Source: Candidatus Bipolaricaulota bacterium (GTDB lineage Bacteria > Bipolaricaulota > Bipolaricaulia > RBG-16-55-9 > DRXL01). From it: a stretch of 64,000 bases of DNA. Below, one piece after another: positions 29,815 to 40,144 of this stretch. The stretch is taken from assembly GCA_938091745.1 (NCBI GenBank), contig CALLJK010000009.1, forward strand, positions 8,138-72,137. The letters run 5' to 3'. The notes beneath the pieces were generated by a model. It searched no databases. It worked only from the letters and a program-made list of their open reading frames with translations, and was not told the DNA's origin. The position numbers and the translations under genes are program-made. Every line of letters begins with the position of its first letter. The stretch's first letter is position 1.

Positions 29815-30521
29815 GGTGCTCCTGCCTCATCGGGGAGGCCGCGCTTCTTGCGCTCCTTCCGCCCCGTGACCATATAGATGGTGCGCTCAGAGATATTCAC
29901 GGCGTGATCGCCCACGCGCTCTAAGTCCCGAATCGACCACAAGACAGGGATGACATCGTCGACGAATTCTTTCGCTTCGTGTGGGGAATGAGCTTCGCGC
30001 GCTAGCTCCAAGAGCTTCGCCAAGACTTTGCGCCGGAGCTGCCAGCAGCGTCCGTCGAGCTCTTCGTCTCTTTGAATGATCTCTTGAGCACACTCGATAT
30101 CTCGAGTGACGAACGCGTCTACGGCGTCGCGGAGCATCTCTCGAGCGAACTCTCCTAGTGCTGTCAGCTCTTCTTTCGGCAAGAGCACAAAGACCCCGAC
30201 GTCCATGCCGTACTGCCCAACGTTGACGGCCAAGTCGGCGGCGCGCTCTAAGTCGGTGATAATCTTAAAGACGCTCGTGATGAGCCGTAAATCGATAGCG
30301 ACGGGCTGCTGGAGAGCTAACAGATCGAGACATTCTTTTTCGATAGCGATGTTGAGTTCGTCGACTTGATCGTCCCATGTATCGAGGCTTTCGGCTAAGG
30401 TGCGATCATGCTCGCGCAAGGCTTTCAGCCCAAGATCGATCCCCTCGATGACTTTGGCCCCCATCTCGCGCACCGATTGGGTAAGACGCTCTAACTGTTG
30501 CTTATAGCTTTCGCGTACCAT
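29811..30521 (-). CDS. phoU: Phosphate signalling protein PhoU
   Basis: QQPVAIDLR, DLERAAD, LERVGDHAVNI. Confidence 0.95.
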   Translation of the reverse strand: MVRESYKQQLERLTQSVREMGAKVIEGIDLGLKALREHDRTLAESLDTWDDQVDELNIAIEKECLDLLALQQPVAIDLRLITSVFKIITDLERAADLAVNVGQYGMDVGVFVLLPKEELTALGEFAREMLRDAVDAFVTRDIECAQEIIQRDEELDGRCWQLRRKVLAKLLELAREAHSPHEAKEFVDDVIPVLWSIRDLERVGDHAVNISERTIYMVTGRKERKKRGLPDEAGAP

Positions 30522-30535
30522 AATCAAGAGCTATT

Positions 30536-31357
30536 TTACCCAAATTTGCCCGTAATGTAATCTTCGGTCTCTTTCTTGTCGGGGTTCTCAAAGATTTTCT
30601 TCGTCGGCCCGTACTCGATCAAGCGTCCCAGATAGAGAAACGCTGTGAAATCCGAGACGCGAGCAGCCTGCTGCATATTGTGCGTGACGATCACCACTGT
30701 GTAGTCTCTTTTCAGCTCGAGCATCAAATCTTCGATCCTGGCTGTCGCAATGGGATCGAGAGCCGAGCACGGCTCGTCCATCAAGATCACTTCGGGTTCG
30801 ATAGCTAATGTGCGCGCGATGCAGAGTCGCTGCTGTTGTCCCCCCGAAAGATCATACCCGCTCTTTTTATGCAGATAGTCTTTGACTTCGTCCCACAGGG
30901 CCGCTTGGCGCAGGGCGCGCTCCACCAGCTCATCCAAGTTCCCTGTAAAGCCGTTGATGCGCAGCCCGAACGCCACGTTCTCGTAGATAGATTTGGGGAA
31001 GGGATTGGGCTTTTGGAAGACCATCCCGATTCTCCTACGGACTTCGACGGGGTCGACGTCGGGATCATAAATATTCTTGCCGTGATAGAGGATCTCCCCG
31101 CTGATGCGCACGCCAGGGACGAGATCGTTCATGCGATTGAAGCAGCGAATGAGCGTGCTCTTGCCGCAGCCTGACGGCCCGATGATCGCTGTGATTCTAT
31201 TCTTGGGGATGTCAATGCTGATCGAGTCCAGCGCTTGCTGTTTGCCGTACCAGAGGCTGAGCTGGCGTGTCTGCAAGATGGGTTCCCCTAAGGGGGCGAA
31301 GTCATCCTGCGGGAGGCGGACCGCAGGGCGAGATTGTATGACAGTTGTGGTCTTCAT
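30536..31357 (-). CDS. pstB: Phosphate ABC ATPase PstB
   Basis: [40 protein letters not shown]. Confidence 0.97.
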   Translation of the reverse strand: MKTTTVIQSRPAVRLPQDDFAPLGEPILQTRQLSLWYGKQQALDSISIDIPKNRITAIIGPSGCGKSTLIRCFNRMNDLVPGVRISGEILYHGKNIYDPDVDPVEVRRRIGMVFQKPNPFPKSIYENVAFGLRINGFTGNLDELVERALRQAALWDEVKDYLHKKSGYDLSGGQQQRLCIARTLAIEPEVILMDEPCSALDPIATARIEDLMLELKRDYTVVIVTHNMQQAARVSDFTAFLYLGRLIEYGPTKKIFENPDKKETEDYITGKFG

Positions 31358-31362
31358 AGAGT

Positions 31363-32778
31363 CTACCACCTCCTCTGGAATTTGATGCGCAAGAAGATCG
31401 CCAAGGCGTTCATGGCTAAGAGAATCGTCAGGAGCACCAAGATTGCCGCGGCAGCAATGCTGGCAAAGCCATCTTTTGCTTCGCCGATCCACGTAAAAAT
31501 CTGAATGGGAACGACGGTGAAGTAGCTGCGTAAGTTGGGCAGAAATGTTAGATACTGAAAGGCTCCCAGGAGAATAAGCAGGGCGGCCTCGCCCATCGCC
31601 CGTGAGAGCGCGATGATCAAGCCCGTCAAGATCCCTGGCAGGGCGTAGGGCAGCACATGGGAGCGTACCACTTGCCAGTGCGTCGCGCCCACGGCGTACG
31701 CCGCATGGCGAATCGAATCAGGGATCGTGCGCAAGGCTTCGCGCGACGCGATGATCACCATAGGGAGTATGAGAAGCGTCATAGTGAGGGCTCCGGTGAA
31801 GAGCACGCGGTCCATCTTGAGCGCCCGCGCTAGGATCTCTAGCCCAATGATCCCATAGATCACCGAGGGGACGCCGGCAAGATTCGCAATCAATAACTGA
31901 ATCAGCTCGGTGAGCCAATTCTTGCGGGCGTACTCTTCTAAGTATAACGCTGCGCCAACCCCTAGGGGCAGAGCGAAGAGCGCCGTCAGCCCAACTAAAT
32001 AGAACGACCCCACGATAGCACTGGCCAGCCCCGCTTTCTCGGGGGAGTTGGAGTCATAACTCGTGAGAAAGTCCCAGATAGCTTGTCCCCAGCTGCGCGT
32101 GATGGGGATCTGCGCTGTCTGCTCAGCTTCGAGCGGAAGAGTCAAGAGTTCCCCGTCGCGCTCAATGTGAACAGAGAACGGGCCTGGCTGGGCTCTTCTC
32201 TGGGCGGCGACGATGAGCGCTTCCCAGGCTTGGCGTGCCCCCGTGACGGGAATATCTTCGATTCGTACTATAATATCGCCGACGCGCAGCCCAGCTTGAA
32301 AACCAAGACTCTCTTCAGGCAGATAGTCTATGACGACGCGCAGCGCGCCCGTCTGCGGATCCATCTGGGGGAGCAGTTCTCCGAAGATCTTCACAGGGTC
32401 GCCGTTGATCCAACTGATGGGGAGCGTATCGTTGGGCAGGCGTGCGATGGCGTCCCACACATGCGCTGAGCGAAAGACAACTTCTGAGCCGATGCGAATA
32501 ACTGCGTCGAACTCAGCGATCCCCGCGCGGGCCGCGGCGCTGTCGGGGATAAAATCCGTGATGATGACATAGGGCAAGTTCTGCGCATCCCATTGGATGA
32601 CCATAGTGGAGAGCACCAAGCCTGCGCGAGAAGCCGCGCGCATGGCCATCAGTGGGCGCGCATTGATAAGAATATAGACGATCAAGGCGACTAAGAGAGC
32701 GAAGCTGATGAGGATCGTGCTGAGGGTCAGCGTGCCAAAAAGCGTGCTCTTTGTCTTACGCCAAGCGAGTGCGCTCAT
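31363..32778 (-). CDS. pstA: Phosphate ABC permease PstA with two inserted PDZ-like domains
   Basis: [25 protein letters not shown]; about 170-aa insert with [16 protein letters not shown] and [14 protein letters not shown]. Confidence 0.9.
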   Translation of the reverse strand: MSALAWRKTKSTLFGTLTLSTILISFALLVALIVYILINARPLMAMRAASRAGLVLSTMVIQWDAQNLPYVIITDFIPDSAAARAGIAEFDAVIRIGSEVVFRSAHVWDAIARLPNDTLPISWINGDPVKIFGELLPQMDPQTGALRVVIDYLPEESLGFQAGLRVGDIIVRIEDIPVTGARQAWEALIVAAQRRAQPGPFSVHIERDGELLTLPLEAEQTAQIPITRSWGQAIWDFLTSYDSNSPEKAGLASAIVGSFYLVGLTALFALPLGVGAALYLEEYARKNWLTELIQLLIANLAGVPSVIYGIIGLEILARALKMDRVLFTGALTMTLLILPMVIIASREALRTIPDSIRHAAYAVGATHWQVVRSHVLPYALPGILTGLIIALSRAMGEAALLILLGAFQYLTFLPNLRSYFTVVPIQIFTWIGEAKDGFASIAAAAILVLLTILLAMNALAIFLRIKFQRRW

Positions 32779-33710
32779 TCGTATCGCTCCCGAAAGCGGC
32801 GCACGATCCAATAGCTCAGAATATTTAAGGACAGCGTGATCACGAAGAGCAGCGCGCCGATGGCGAAGATCGTCGCCCAGATGAATGCGCCGGCTTCAGC
32901 GTCCCCTGTGGCGACGTTGACGATGTGCACCGTCAGGGTTTCCAAGGGCTTGAGCAGATCTGGGGGCCAGCTTGGCACACGTCCAGCGGCAATAGCGACG
33001 ATCATCGTCTCGCCGATAGCACGCGACATCGCCAATATGAACGACGCGGCGATCCCTGACAGGGCCGCGGGCAGCACGACATGGCGGATCGTCTCGAACT
33101 TCGTCGCCCCAAGAGCATAGGCGCCCTCGCGCAGCTCGCGCGGCACCGCGTAAATAATATCTTCGCTGAGCGACGAGACCAACGGGATGATCGCTATTCC
33201 CAAGACGATCCCCGCGCTGAGCGCGTTCCAAAACTGAATATCTGGGAGCACCGTGCGCAAGAGCGGCGTCACGAAGAGCAACGCGAAATAGCCATAGACG
33301 ACCGTAGGGATGCCTGCTAAGATCTCTAAGATGGGTTTGGCTATTTTGCGCACGCGCCCGGATGCAAATTCGCTCAGATAGATCGCGCTGAGCAGCCCGA
33401 TGGGCAGAGCTACTAATAAAGCAATCCCCGTGATGATGAGCGTGCCCATGATTAAGGGCAAAGCGCCGTAGGATGGGGTGGAGACGTCTGTGGGGGCCCA
33501 GCGTATGCCCCCTAAGAATTCCCTAAGAGAGACCTTGCTGAAGAAGACCCCTGAACCGGAGATAAAGAGCCAGATAGTAGCTGCGGTGACGACCACAGCG
33601 AGAAAAGCGCAGACGAAGAGCACACCCTGAATGAGCCGTTCCTTGAGATACCGCCCTGGAGGGGCATGCAGGGCAGGCTGGAGTGCCGTCTGCTTCATGG
33701 TTCTTTTCAT
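32775..33710 (-). CDS. pstC: Phosphate ABC permease PstC
   Basis: AIYLSEF, LAGIPTVVYG, SRAIGETM. Confidence 0.96.
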   Translation of the reverse strand: MKRTMKQTALQPALHAPPGRYLKERLIQGVLFVCAFLAVVVTAATIWLFISGSGVFFSKVSLREFLGGIRWAPTDVSTPSYGALPLIMGTLIITGIALLVALPIGLLSAIYLSEFASGRVRKIAKPILEILAGIPTVVYGYFALLFVTPLLRTVLPDIQFWNALSAGIVLGIAIIPLVSSLSEDIIYAVPRELREGAYALGATKFETIRHVVLPAALSGIAASFILAMSRAIGETMIVAIAAGRVPSWPPDLLKPLETLTVHIVNVATGDAEAGAFIWATIFAIGALLFVITLSLNILSYWIVRRFRERYE

Positions 33711-33712
33711 TT

Positions 33713-33763
33713 CTATATAGTTTTCCCCATAAAATTATAGCACCCCAGCCCAAGGGCAGTCAA
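33713..33763 (-). promoter_or_regulatory. Internal pstC promoter with CTATATAG palindrome
   Basis: TTGACT-N18-TATAAT (with TGn extension); CTATATAG at 33713-33720. Confidence 0.6.
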
Positions 33764-33778
33764 ATGAGAAGGGAGGGG

Positions 33779-33817
33779 CCGAGCCTCCTAGGGGCGAGGG
33801 GACCCCAGGAGGCTCGG
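33779..33817 (-). terminator. Stem-loop after pstS
   Basis: CCGAGCCTCCT / AGGAGGCTCGG 11-bp stem, pyrimidine tract downstream. Confidence 0.6.
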
Positions 33818-33832
33818 TGTTCGGGGGTTGGC

Positions 33833-34981
33833 TCACTTGCAGTGCTCTTTATATTTATTACGGATCTCCGTGAGCGACAGGCCGCTGTAGTTGCCGCCAA
33901 AGGCCGTGCCGGTGATGCGCTTCGCCCAGCAGGTGCGGGCTTCATCGCGCACCTCGCGCGGCGCGGGGAGATACCCAGCTTTATTGAGCATAAATTGCTG
34001 ATTACCAAGGCGCTCTTCAGCGAGATAGAACTTGATGAACTCGTCCACAGCGGGGCGCTCGCCGCTCTTCTTATTCACATAGATGAAGAGCGGTCGGCTC
34101 AACGGCTGATACGTGAATCCCAAGATCGTATCGACGGTGGGCAGGATGCCCTTGCACTCCCCGCCCTTGTTTTCTAAGGGCTTTTTGCCGTTCTTGGCCC
34201 GGCGCGCGTTGATCTCTTTCAGCACGTCTGCAGGGGTGCTGATCAGCTCGCGGCGCGGGTCGATCGCCACGGCCTGCACAAGCTGAGTATTGTGCACGAA
34301 GAAGTTATACCCAAAGTATGTGAGGGCGAAGGAGTTCGCGCCGGTCTGTTGAGCCAAAAGCTGGTCTTCTTCAGTACCGAAGTAGTCTTGTCGGGTGTCG
34401 CCCTCTTTGCCGGTAATAGCTGAGGTGAAGAAGTCGAACGTCCCAGACGTTTCAGCTGCGCCGGAGAGCGTGATCTCAGCGTTGGCGAGCGTGCTGCGCA
34501 CTTGGTTCCATTTGGTGATGAATTTTTCGGCTTCTCTAGCCCACAGCAGCTCCAGCTCGCCCACGGTCAAGCACACGGGAGCATTCCCAAAGATTTGGGT
34601 CTTGGTGCTGACGGCGACGGTCAGGCCGTCAAGGGCGACCAAGAGTTCAATATATTCGACGCCGTGCTTCGGCGCGGTCTCGATTTCGGATTGCTTAATA
34701 GCTCGAGAGGCATTGCTGATGTCGGTCTCACCGGTGACGAAGCGCCGAAAGCCCCCCGACGTGCCGCTGACAGCCACGGTGACGTTGATGTCCGGGCGGA
34801 CCTTCTTAAACTCTTCGGCCATCGCCTTGGTGATAGGGGCGACGGTGCTGGAGCCATCCGAGAGAATATTCTTTGAGTCCTTCGGAGCCCCCGGCTGCCC
34901 CACCGCCGACAAGACGACCGACCCGACGACAACCAAAACGACCAACGCTGCGCGCCTTAGAAGAGACGCGTTGAGTTTCAT
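33833..34981 (-). CDS. pstS: Phosphate-binding protein PstS
   Basis: DGSSTV, GTSGG, ASR, SGTFDFF, PLSRPLFIYV. Confidence 0.93.
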   Translation of the reverse strand: MKLNASLLRRAALVVLVVVGSVVLSAVGQPGAPKDSKNILSDGSSTVAPITKAMAEEFKKVRPDINVTVAVSGTSGGFRRFVTGETDISNASRAIKQSEIETAPKHGVEYIELLVALDGLTVAVSTKTQIFGNAPVCLTVGELELLWAREAEKFITKWNQVRSTLANAEITLSGAAETSGTFDFFTSAITGKEGDTRQDYFGTEEDQLLAQQTGANSFALTYFGYNFFVHNTQLVQAVAIDPRRELISTPADVLKEINARRAKNGKKPLENKGGECKGILPTVDTILGFTYQPLSRPLFIYVNKKSGERPAVDEFIKFYLAEERLGNQQFMLNKAGYLPAPREVRDEARTCWAKRITGTAFGGNYSGLSLTEIRNKYKEHCK

Positions 34982-35011
34982 ATTTGTCCTCCTTTAAGTA
35001 TAGTTTGCTTA

Positions 35012-35064
35012 CGATCTATATAGATCGCGCCATAAGTATACAGTACAGGAGGGGGTCTTGTCAA
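35012..35064 (-). promoter_or_regulatory. pstS promoter plus perfect 16-bp palindrome CGATCTATATAGATCG
   Basis: TTGACA-N18-TATACT; palindrome at 35012-35027 just downstream. Confidence 0.7.
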
Positions 35065-35546
35065 GTCGGGGGTATCTGCGCCAAGAAATCGTTACTAGGG
35101 GTAGGCGAAGCGTTTTGGTGCGACCGCTTTCTCAAACAAGATGCTGCACCAAAACGTTTCGGTGTTGCATATGGTTGAGAAGAGCGGGCATTCTTTACAA
35201 AGGCACGATTCTGGAAGAGTACTCAGAGTGGGGAGATTTTGAAGCGGATTGACCGGCTCAGCCAGAAGTTCTTTACGCCCTTGGGAGCGAAGCCGGTGCG
35301 CTTGTATGGACGGAGTCGTGGCACAAGCTGCTCCAGCTGGGAAAGTACTGAAGGAATTTGCGGTGTTGCCGCTATCGTGTGAGATGGGATTGCGATTGAT
35401 TGGGGCCTAGTAACGATCTATTGACCCATTACAAGAGATTTTGCTATACTTCTTTCAGCGTAGGATTTCTACAGAGCCATGTAGGAATGAATCGTCGTAG
35501 GCATTCGTGCGGGAGGTCAAAGATCGCGACACCAAATACTGATCCA

Positions 35547-36196
35547 ATGGATGAACATGCAAAGGCAATGGCCGAACGTGAAAAGACAATGAATGAATTC
35601 GCAGAGACCTTTTTTCGGACAGAATATGAGTCAGGAGGATCATGGCTCGCACGTGGAGTGCATTTATTACGGGCAGCCGAACTCGTTTGGAATGCTTATT
35701 ATCGTGATGAGCAGGAATTTCGTAAAAGGGTAGAGAACGTAGGTGAAGCTATAGTAAGTGGAATCAAAATTAATGACCTAATCTACTTAGATCAGCTCCC
35801 CATATGGGCGATGCTTGCTGGGCTAGCATTAGAGAACATGCTTAAGGCTCTCCTTATTGCTAAAATTCCCCCGCCGGAGCAAAAGCAAAAGAAGGATTTT
35901 AAGACGCTCGACAAGAAGTTAAAACCCATAATCTCATCGATTTAGCCAAGCAAGCAAAACTCTCGTTGAGTTCTGAGGAGAGCGAACTTGTTTCTAATCT
36001 TTCAAAATTCATAGAGTGGGGAGGCCGATATCCAATACCTACCAAGGCTCAAGAGATGCGCCCTGATCGGTTACCAAGGATTCCTGCTGGAGACATCAAG
36101 GAAAATCACGATCTTCTTATGCGGTTGTGTAAGCGAGTGTCTAATGGGTTCAATATCAATTTAGATGATTTGGTAGTCCCCAAGGATAGGAGCTAA
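35547..36196 (+). pseudogene. HEPN-like protein split by a one-base frameshift
   Basis: ENMLKA in the first frame; THNLIDLA...IEWGGRYP in the -1 frame after the A-run at 35921-35924; AT-rich. Confidence 0.6.
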
Positions 36197-36582
36197 GATG
36201 GCTGTGGTGATCCCTTATGTGGAAAACCGAAGCTGCCTTGTGCTCGCGTCTGCAACTGGACAAGCTGTGGACCCACATGCGCAACAAGGGCCAAAAAGCA
36301 GGTATCCTGAGACCCAAGAAAAGAGTGGCCCGTGCAGTAGGCAATCGGTAGGGGACCTTGTTGGAAAAATTGCTCTACCATGTGTAAGAGTACGTGGCGG
36401 GGACTCCAGCCATAGCCAAGTGATCAGTTATCGGGCTATGTTGCGGGTAGCAATCAGAGGTGACAATAGCGAGAATCGATGCTGGCGATGGTTGCGGGGC
36501 CAAGGGATCACGTCTGGATGATCAGGGAGTTTGCGAAGCTCACTTGCCTACGGAAGTGACTGCACTAAATGGGGTGACTACC
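36172..36582 (+). mobile_element. Degenerate IS1-family-like remnant
   Basis: Ends GGTAGTC / GACTACC; fragments LQLDKLWTHMRNK and LAMVAGPRDHVWMIRE. Confidence 0.5.
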
Positions 36583-36705
36583 CGGCTCTCACTTTGATGG
36601 AGGCCGCGTTACTCCCGGCTTATATCGCTGATTATGGCTGCTGTACGAATCAAAAATCTTGCCCAAGGCTGAAAACTAAGGTATGATGCAACAAGGAGTG
36701 AGACT

Positions 36706-36927
36706 ATGAAGCTCAAGGTTATCCTAGAAGCTGAAAAAGAGGGGGGCTATTCCGTGCATTGCCCGGCTCTGCCAGGCTGTTACAGCCAAGGTGATACCGT
36801 TGAGGAAGCTCTCGCAAACATTCGAGAAGCCATTCAGCTTTATATCGAAACTCTTAAGGATTTAGGGAAGCCGATCCCTACAAGCGACCCGGAGATCTTC
36901 GTTGAGGTTGTTGAAGTGAACGCATGA
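36706..36927 (+). CDS. hicB: HicB family antitoxin (short)
   Basis: GGYSVHCPALPGCYSQGDTVEEALANIREAI. Confidence 0.92.
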   Translation: MKLKVILEAEKEGGYSVHCPALPGCYSQGDTVEEALANIREAIQLYIETLKDLGKPIPTSDPEIFVEVVEVNA

Positions 36928-37153
36928 AGAAGCTTCCCAGCGTCCCCGGCAGCCGGGTCGTAAAAGCCTTAGAGAAGATCGGTTGGTATGTCCATCGGCA
37001 CTCTGGGGACATGTGATCTTGCGTCATGCTCGTTACCCTGACAAGCTGATTGTGGTGCCCATTCACGGCAAAAAGCCCGTGAAGAAAAGGGTTTTAAGTG
37101 GAATTCTCAAAGATGCCGGACTCGTGATAGAGGAATTTAAGCAATTACTTTGA
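36924..37153 (+). pseudogene. hicA: HicA toxin with a one-base frameshift (or sequencing error)
   Basis: MKKLPSVPGSRVVKALEKIGW..RHSG / HVILRH..VVPIHG..ILKDAGL; span is 230 nt; G-run at 37005-37008. Confidence 0.8.
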
Positions 37154-37249
37154 ATTTCGGCTCAGCTACGGGCATGATGAGCCAAACGATGACGAATCCA
37201 GAGGAGTGCTGCACTGGGGGAGCTGAAACTAGGTACGTGCTAGCTCGAG

Positions 37250-38002
37250 TTAAACATCGTGTAAGATTTCGTTCAATTCTTGCAGATTGTTAATGCGGGC
37301 TGAGGCGCGCTCATTGGTCGGGATCGAGTGGAGACCACTGAGGGGGGAGAGTCGGCCGGGGTAGAAGCGTCCCTGGAGTTCGGGTCGTTCGATCCAGACG
37401 GCGTGCAAGCCCGCACGCCGCGCCCCACGAATGTCCGTCTCAAAATCGTCGCCGACGTGTAGCGCCTCGTGCGGGGCTGCGCCCGCTCGCTTCAGCACAG
37501 AAGCCCAAAAAGCTCGGTCGAGCTTCCCATGCGCGATCCCCGTCGAGTCGGGACTAGCCAGCCAGCGGAAGAACTCTTTTAGTCCGTGCTTCTCCAGCGA
37601 GCGTTCGATCCCTGCTATCGGGCGATGCGACACGATCCCCAGCTCGATCCCGCGCCGACGCAGTCTTTCTAACGCTTCCGGCACCTCGGGGAAGAGCTCA
37701 TCTGTAGGGGTCTCCCAGTAGCGTTGGATCTCTTCAGCTATGAGCGAGAGATCGCCATTCAGCCCTAGCTCCCTTAAGATCAACTTGTTCCACTCAACAA
37801 ACGATTCCATGCTGAACCCCAGGCGCGGGCGGATCTCTTGCTGCCACCGCTCTTGCGCACGGTGATACGCTTGAGCGAGCTGCTCGCGATCCGGCGGTAT
37901 CCCAAGCTTTTCAATCCGTTGTGCAAACCAGTCGGCCTGGCCACTCCCCGGCACCCACACGAGCGTGCCGTCCATGTCGAAAAAGATCACTCTCACGCGC
38001 AT
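37250..38002 (-). CDS. HAD-superfamily hydrolase
   Basis: FDMDGTL, HVGDDFETDIRGA. Confidence 0.9.
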   Translation of the reverse strand: MRVRVIFFDMDGTLVWVPGSGQADWFAQRIEKLGIPPDREQLAQAYHRAQERWQQEIRPRLGFSMESFVEWNKLILRELGLNGDLSLIAEEIQRYWETPTDELFPEVPEALERLRRRGIELGIVSHRPIAGIERSLEKHGLKEFFRWLASPDSTGIAHGKLDRAFWASVLKRAGAAPHEALHVGDDFETDIRGARRAGLHAVWIERPELQGRFYPGRLSPLSGLHSIPTNERASARINNLQELNEILHDV

Positions 38003-38081
38003 AGAGTGTTATCGTACGCGATACAGCAGCTCACGTCAAGGGCTTGCACGCACCCGCGCCCTGAGCTAAGATAAGCTCACT

Positions 38082-39038
38082 ATGGATCTCACGATCTCAC
38101 AGATTTCTATTCCAAATCCATATTTTGAAAGCCCAACGAATGTCTTCTTGATCCGGAGCTCGCAGAGCCCCCCTGTACTCATAGATACCGGAATCAGCAC
38201 GGAAGAGTCCTTCAGTTTATTGCGCCGCGAGCTGGCCAAGCATAGCTGCTCGCTCAAGGATATTGCTGTCGTTCTGTTGACTCATAAGCATATCGATCAT
38301 AGCGGGCTGGCACGCGCCATCCAAGACGAGTCTGGAGCAGTAGTCTACGTGCATAGCGACGATTGGACAGACGTCGCTCTCTTTGAAGAGCGTCACGAAA
38401 GGGTCTCGCAGCTCTATCTAGAAGCAATGCGCCGCTGGGGCATCCCTGAAGAAGTTATTGTGCAGGTGGGGCACTTTCGCTCGCGGTTTGCTGGGCTTGG
38501 GCGTTCTGTCCCCACAGCCCAGAAGATCAGTGACGGTCAGATACTGCGCTTTGGCGAAGTAGAACTGCATGTCTTGCACACCCCTGGCCATACCCAAGGG
38601 TCGGTCTGCTTTCTGCTTGGGGAGAAACTCTTCGCTGGGGATCATCTCCTGCCGACGTACACGTCGAACGTCGGCGCGACCGACGTCACTACTGACGGCC
38701 ATCTCGAAAAATTTCTCGCTTCGCTCAAGAGAATTCTTGAGTTACCCAACGCGGAACGCTTAGAGATCTACCCGGGGCACGGTCAGCCCTGGACCGATCC
38801 GCGCCCGCGCATCACAAAGATCTTCAAGCACCATTATGAGCGGACTGATCGTATCTTAAAAATCTTGAGCGACGGTCAAGCGCTCACGGCATTTGAGATC
38901 GCGCAGAAGCTCTTTGGGCGGCTCAAAGACTATCATGTGCTGCTTGGAGCTGGTGAAGTATATGCCCATCTTGAAGTCCTAGAGAGCCAGGGGCGCATCT
39001 GTCAGAGTGAGCCGAATCGCTTTGCCCTGCGCACGTGA
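38082..39038 (+). CDS. Metallo-beta-lactamase fold hydrolase
   Basis: THKHIDH, TPGHT, GDH, PGHG. Confidence 0.9.
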   Translation: MDLTISQISIPNPYFESPTNVFLIRSSQSPPVLIDTGISTEESFSLLRRELAKHSCSLKDIAVVLLTHKHIDHSGLARAIQDESGAVVYVHSDDWTDVALFEERHERVSQLYLEAMRRWGIPEEVIVQVGHFRSRFAGLGRSVPTAQKISDGQILRFGEVELHVLHTPGHTQGSVCFLLGEKLFAGDHLLPTYTSNVGATDVTTDGHLEKFLASLKRILELPNAERLEIYPGHGQPWTDPRPRITKIFKHHYERTDRILKILSDGQALTAFEIAQKLFGRLKDYHVLLGAGEVYAHLEVLESQGRICQSEPNRFALRT

Positions 39039-39091
39039 CAAAACATACGTCCTCTGCTACAATACCGACATAAATTTTATAGAAGGGACTG

Positions 39092-40144
39092 GTGACCATG
39101 ACGCGGACGCGACTCATGCACGTGCTTTTGGGGGTCATCTTAGCGCTCGGTATTCTTCTGGTGCCTGCCAAGGCGACAATCACTGTCCGCTTTAGCGATA
39201 TCTCGCTGCGCCCAGAAGAGAAAATCGACTACGATTTCACACCCACCACCACAGGCGAGATCGTCTTCAAATTAGCCCTGCGCCCGACGACTGCTGCTCT
39301 GCGGGTTCAGCTCTTCCTTGAGAAGACTCTTATAGTAGATCAGTCGGGGCCAGTGACGCAAACGGCCAAGGCAGAGGTCTCCGAAGAGCAAGTCGGTCGC
39401 CCCTGGCGTTTGGTCGTGACCAATCTCAGCTCTCAAACAGTCGAGGGGCGCCTCGAGCTCACCTATCCTCGACGCTTCTGCAAAGAGATTTCTGCGCAAT
39501 ATCGCATCAAGGTGAGCTATGAAGTGGGCACAGAGCTGGAAGATCTGCATTGTCAGCAGCTTTATGGGGTCTTGCGCTCGCTGCCCGCGGAGCATCTCAA
39601 GCGCCTGCGGGAGATTCGCGCCCGCGAACCTGATTTTCTCTATGGGCAGTACTTCCCGCCCAGCTTGATAGAGCTTCCTGGGCTGCGCGCCAGCCGCACG
39701 TTCACGCTCGTCGTGTATCATGAGCTTGGGCACTTGGTGCATTTTACGCGCTCGACAGCTGATCAAGAAGCTCGTTGGGAGAAGCTCTTCAGCGAGTCTG
39801 GTCGTGATCCCGATAACTTCGTGCGTGATCCCATCGACCGCTCGCTCTACGCTATGACCAATCAGTATGAAGACTTCGCCGTGACGTTCTCAGCGTATAT
39901 CGCCGACAGCCAGCTTTTTATGAACGATGCGCTCACGCGCAGCCAGCGCAGCAAGCCCCTGCTCTTGCAGAAGTTCAAAGTGATTCTAGAGTACTTCCGG
40001 CATCAGGTGGACGGCCAAACGAAAGTCTATATTTATCGTGTTGGGACGGAAGTGCCCATCCCTACGGTCTATCGTGCTTCTGTACCGTTGACCCCAGACG
40101 ATTTACCAGACTTCACTGGGCCCATCGCGTGGGAGCCTTTTTAG
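39092..40144 (+). CDS. Secreted putative zinc metalloprotease
   Basis: Signal peptide; HELGH and YAMTNQYEDFA. Confidence 0.6.
   Translation: MTMTRTRLMHVLLGVILALGILLVPAKATITVRFSDISLRPEEKIDYDFTPTTTGEIVFKLALRPTTAALRVQLFLEKTLIVDQSGPVTQTAKAEVSEEQVGRPWRLVVTNLSSQTVEGRLELTYPRRFCKEISAQYRIKVSYEVGTELEDLHCQQLYGVLRSLPAEHLKRLREIRAREPDFLYGQYFPPSLIELPGLRASRTFTLVVYHELGHLVHFTRSTADQEARWEKLFSESGRDPDNFVRDPIDRSLYAMTNQYEDFAVTFSAYIADSQLFMNDALTRSQRSKPLLLQKFKVILEYFRHQVDGQTKVYIYRVGTEVPIPTVYRASVPLTPDDLPDFTGPIAWEPF

Noticed and set aside
35170-35400. Possible gene remnant left of the HEPN-like gene
   Set aside because: Short broken frames with no recognisable motif.
35915-35930. Programmed -1 frameshift in the HEPN-like gene
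   Set aside because: TTA AAA CCC is not an in-frame X XXY YYZ heptamer and no stimulatory hairpin is evident.
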